From assembly GCA_050115495.1 (NCBI GenBank), contig JASFQK010000029.1:1-64000 (forward strand): a DNA stretch of 64,000 bases. Reading direction: 5' to 3'. A program made the position numbers and the translations under genes. A model generated the notes under the pieces. The model had not been told where the DNA came from. It made no database searches and worked only from the letters and a program-made list of their open reading frames with translations. The first letter of the stretch is position 1. The number at the start of each line of letters is the position of its first letter. Below are positions 62,673-64,000 of this stretch, one piece after another. Origin of the DNA: Phycisphaerae bacterium. Lineage in GTDB: Bacteria; Planctomycetota; Phycisphaerae; UBA1845; Fen-1342.

Positions 62673-63074
62673 AGCGTCTCTTTTCTACTACACGAGGTCT
62701 CAAACTGCAATACCAACTGCATATCCATCTGTAGAGTTCTACCAATATTTCTCCAGATATTCATTGACGGAGCCCTCCAGATTCCGCTATGCTGGCGTTC
62801 GGCAATTGCGGCCGCACACCGGCAGCAAACACCGCCGCCGCTTCGAACGGCGCACGCCACCGGCCGCAATGGCAGAGAGGTCCGCGTCTCGAACGCACCG
62901 GCGACGAGACGGGCGTTAGGTGACTGCCGTACACCACCTTCCGCCGGGGCCATGGAGAAGGAGGCCCAACACAGGAACGTAGTCAGCACTGAGTTCTCTC
63001 GGGACGGTCCCTCGTGGGATTGTCCGTTCAACGCCCTGGAAGCTGTATCTGAGGATGTGTAGGAGGATTGGAGA

Positions 63075-64000
63075 ATGCGTCGACATACGATGATCGCGAC
63101 GATGGCGGCCCTGGTCCTGACAATCGCCTGGCCTGCGCAAGCGAACGTAGTGATCGAAACCGTGCAGGTGGGCAATGTGGGCAACGTCGGGGAGTTGTCC
63201 GGCACGAACGCGGGCGGTGCAGGTCTGGACCGCATCTGCGGCGCCGTGGACTACGTGTACGACATCGGCAAGTACGAGATCACGACCGGGCAATACACCG
63301 AGTTTCTCAACGCAGTGGCGGCCACGGACACGTACGGGTTGTACAACCTGGACATGTGGGGCTACGACTCCGGCTGCAAGATCCAGCGCACCGGCCCGTC
63401 CGGCAGCTACGCGTACAGCGTTGAGCCCGAGTTCGCCAACCGCCCGGTTAACCTGGTCTCGTGGGGAGACGCGGCGCGTTTCGCCAACTGGATGCACAAC
63501 GGCCAGCCGACCGGGGCCCAGGGCCTCAGCACTACCGAAAACGGCTCCTACTTCCTCAACGGCGCGACGACACAGGAACAACTGATCGCAGTCGAACGCA
63601 CGCCGGACGCCACCTGGGTGATCCCCAGCGAAGATGAGTGGTACAAGGCCGCCTATCACAAGAATGATGGCGTGACGGGAAACTACTACGATTTCTCCAC
63701 CGGCAGCAACGACATCCCCAGCAATCTGCTGGCCGACCCCGACCCCGGCAACAACGGCAACTTCTTCCAGGGTGACCTGACGATCGGATACCCCTACTAC
63801 CGCACCGAGGTGGGCGAATTCGAGAACAGCGCCAGCCCTTATGGCACGTTCGACATGAGTGGGAACGTCTGGGAATGGAACGAGGCAATCACGTACAACG
63901 CGTACCGCTGCTACCGCGGCGGCTGCTACTGGGACGATCACTTCCTGCTGCAAGCGTCGTATCGAGCCGACGGAGACCGCCCGGTGCTGGAGTACGACAT
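63075..64000 (+). CDS. Secreted SUMF1/FGE-sulfatase-domain protein (3' end outside the window)
   Basis: Translated by hand: signal peptide, IGKYEIT..QY.EFLN, RPV..VSW.DA.RF.NW, PSEDEWYKAA, YGTFDMSGNVWEW, RGG. Confidence 0.88.
   Translation, partial: MRRHTMIATMAALVLTIAWPAQANVVIETVQVGNVGNVGELSGTNAGGAGLDRICGAVDYVYDIGKYEITTGQYTEFLNAVAATDTYGLYNLDMWGYDSGCKIQRTGPSGSYAYSVEPEFANRPVNLVSWGDAARFANWMHNGQPTGAQGLSTTENGSYFLNGATTQEQLIAVERTPDATWVIPSEDEWYKAAYHKNDGVTGNYYDFSTGSNDIPSNLLADPDPGNNGNFFQGDLTIGYPYYRTEVGEFENSASPYGTFDMSGNVWEWNEAITYNAYRCYRGGCYWDDHFLLQASYRADGDRPVLEYD

Noticed and set aside
63075..64000. Diversity-generating retroelement target (FGE-type fold)
   Set aside because: No reverse transcriptase or template repeat is in the window, and the gene's 3' end is outside it.

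Overview
GC-rich bacterial window, most likely Planctomycetota and probably Phycisphaerae. This is inferred from the 23S-5S unit without a 16S, an ECF sigma factor paired with a Ser/Thr kinase, PEP-CTERM and DUF1573 genes, and CGYxLxG..CPECG zinc-ribbon genes. (1) 434-8924: an ~8.4 kb capsid-less integrated element (phage-satellite-like) in tRNA-Ser(TGA). It supplies its own 5' half of the tRNA. Its tyrosine integrase ORF ends inside the tRNA anticodon arm, and an in-frame 63-codon continuation lies at the opposite end, so excision would rebuild a longer integrase. (2) 9-38.6 kb: mostly core genome. It holds a tRNA-Ile/tRNA-Ala/23S/5S unit lacking 16S, a three-gene two-component cluster, a cyclophilin-like/Cys-rich/C39-like-DUF1573 locus, bamA, htrA, galK, trpD, dksA, lspA and tRNA-Pro. 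(3) 38.8-56.9 kb: an 18 kb segment bounded by ~71 bp imperfect direct repeats. It carries a class I lanthipeptide cluster (four double-Gly precursors, one with a nonsense codon; lanC, lanB, a HlyD fused to a dead C39 domain, a lanT with an extra repeat domain, a second MFP) and a divergent ECF/kinase pair. (4) 57-64 kb: two paralogous HTH-like genes, each divergent from a secreted-protein gene, around small genes sharing a near-identical 51 bp zinc-ribbon segment. All family calls come from motif recognition by eye; no searches were run.
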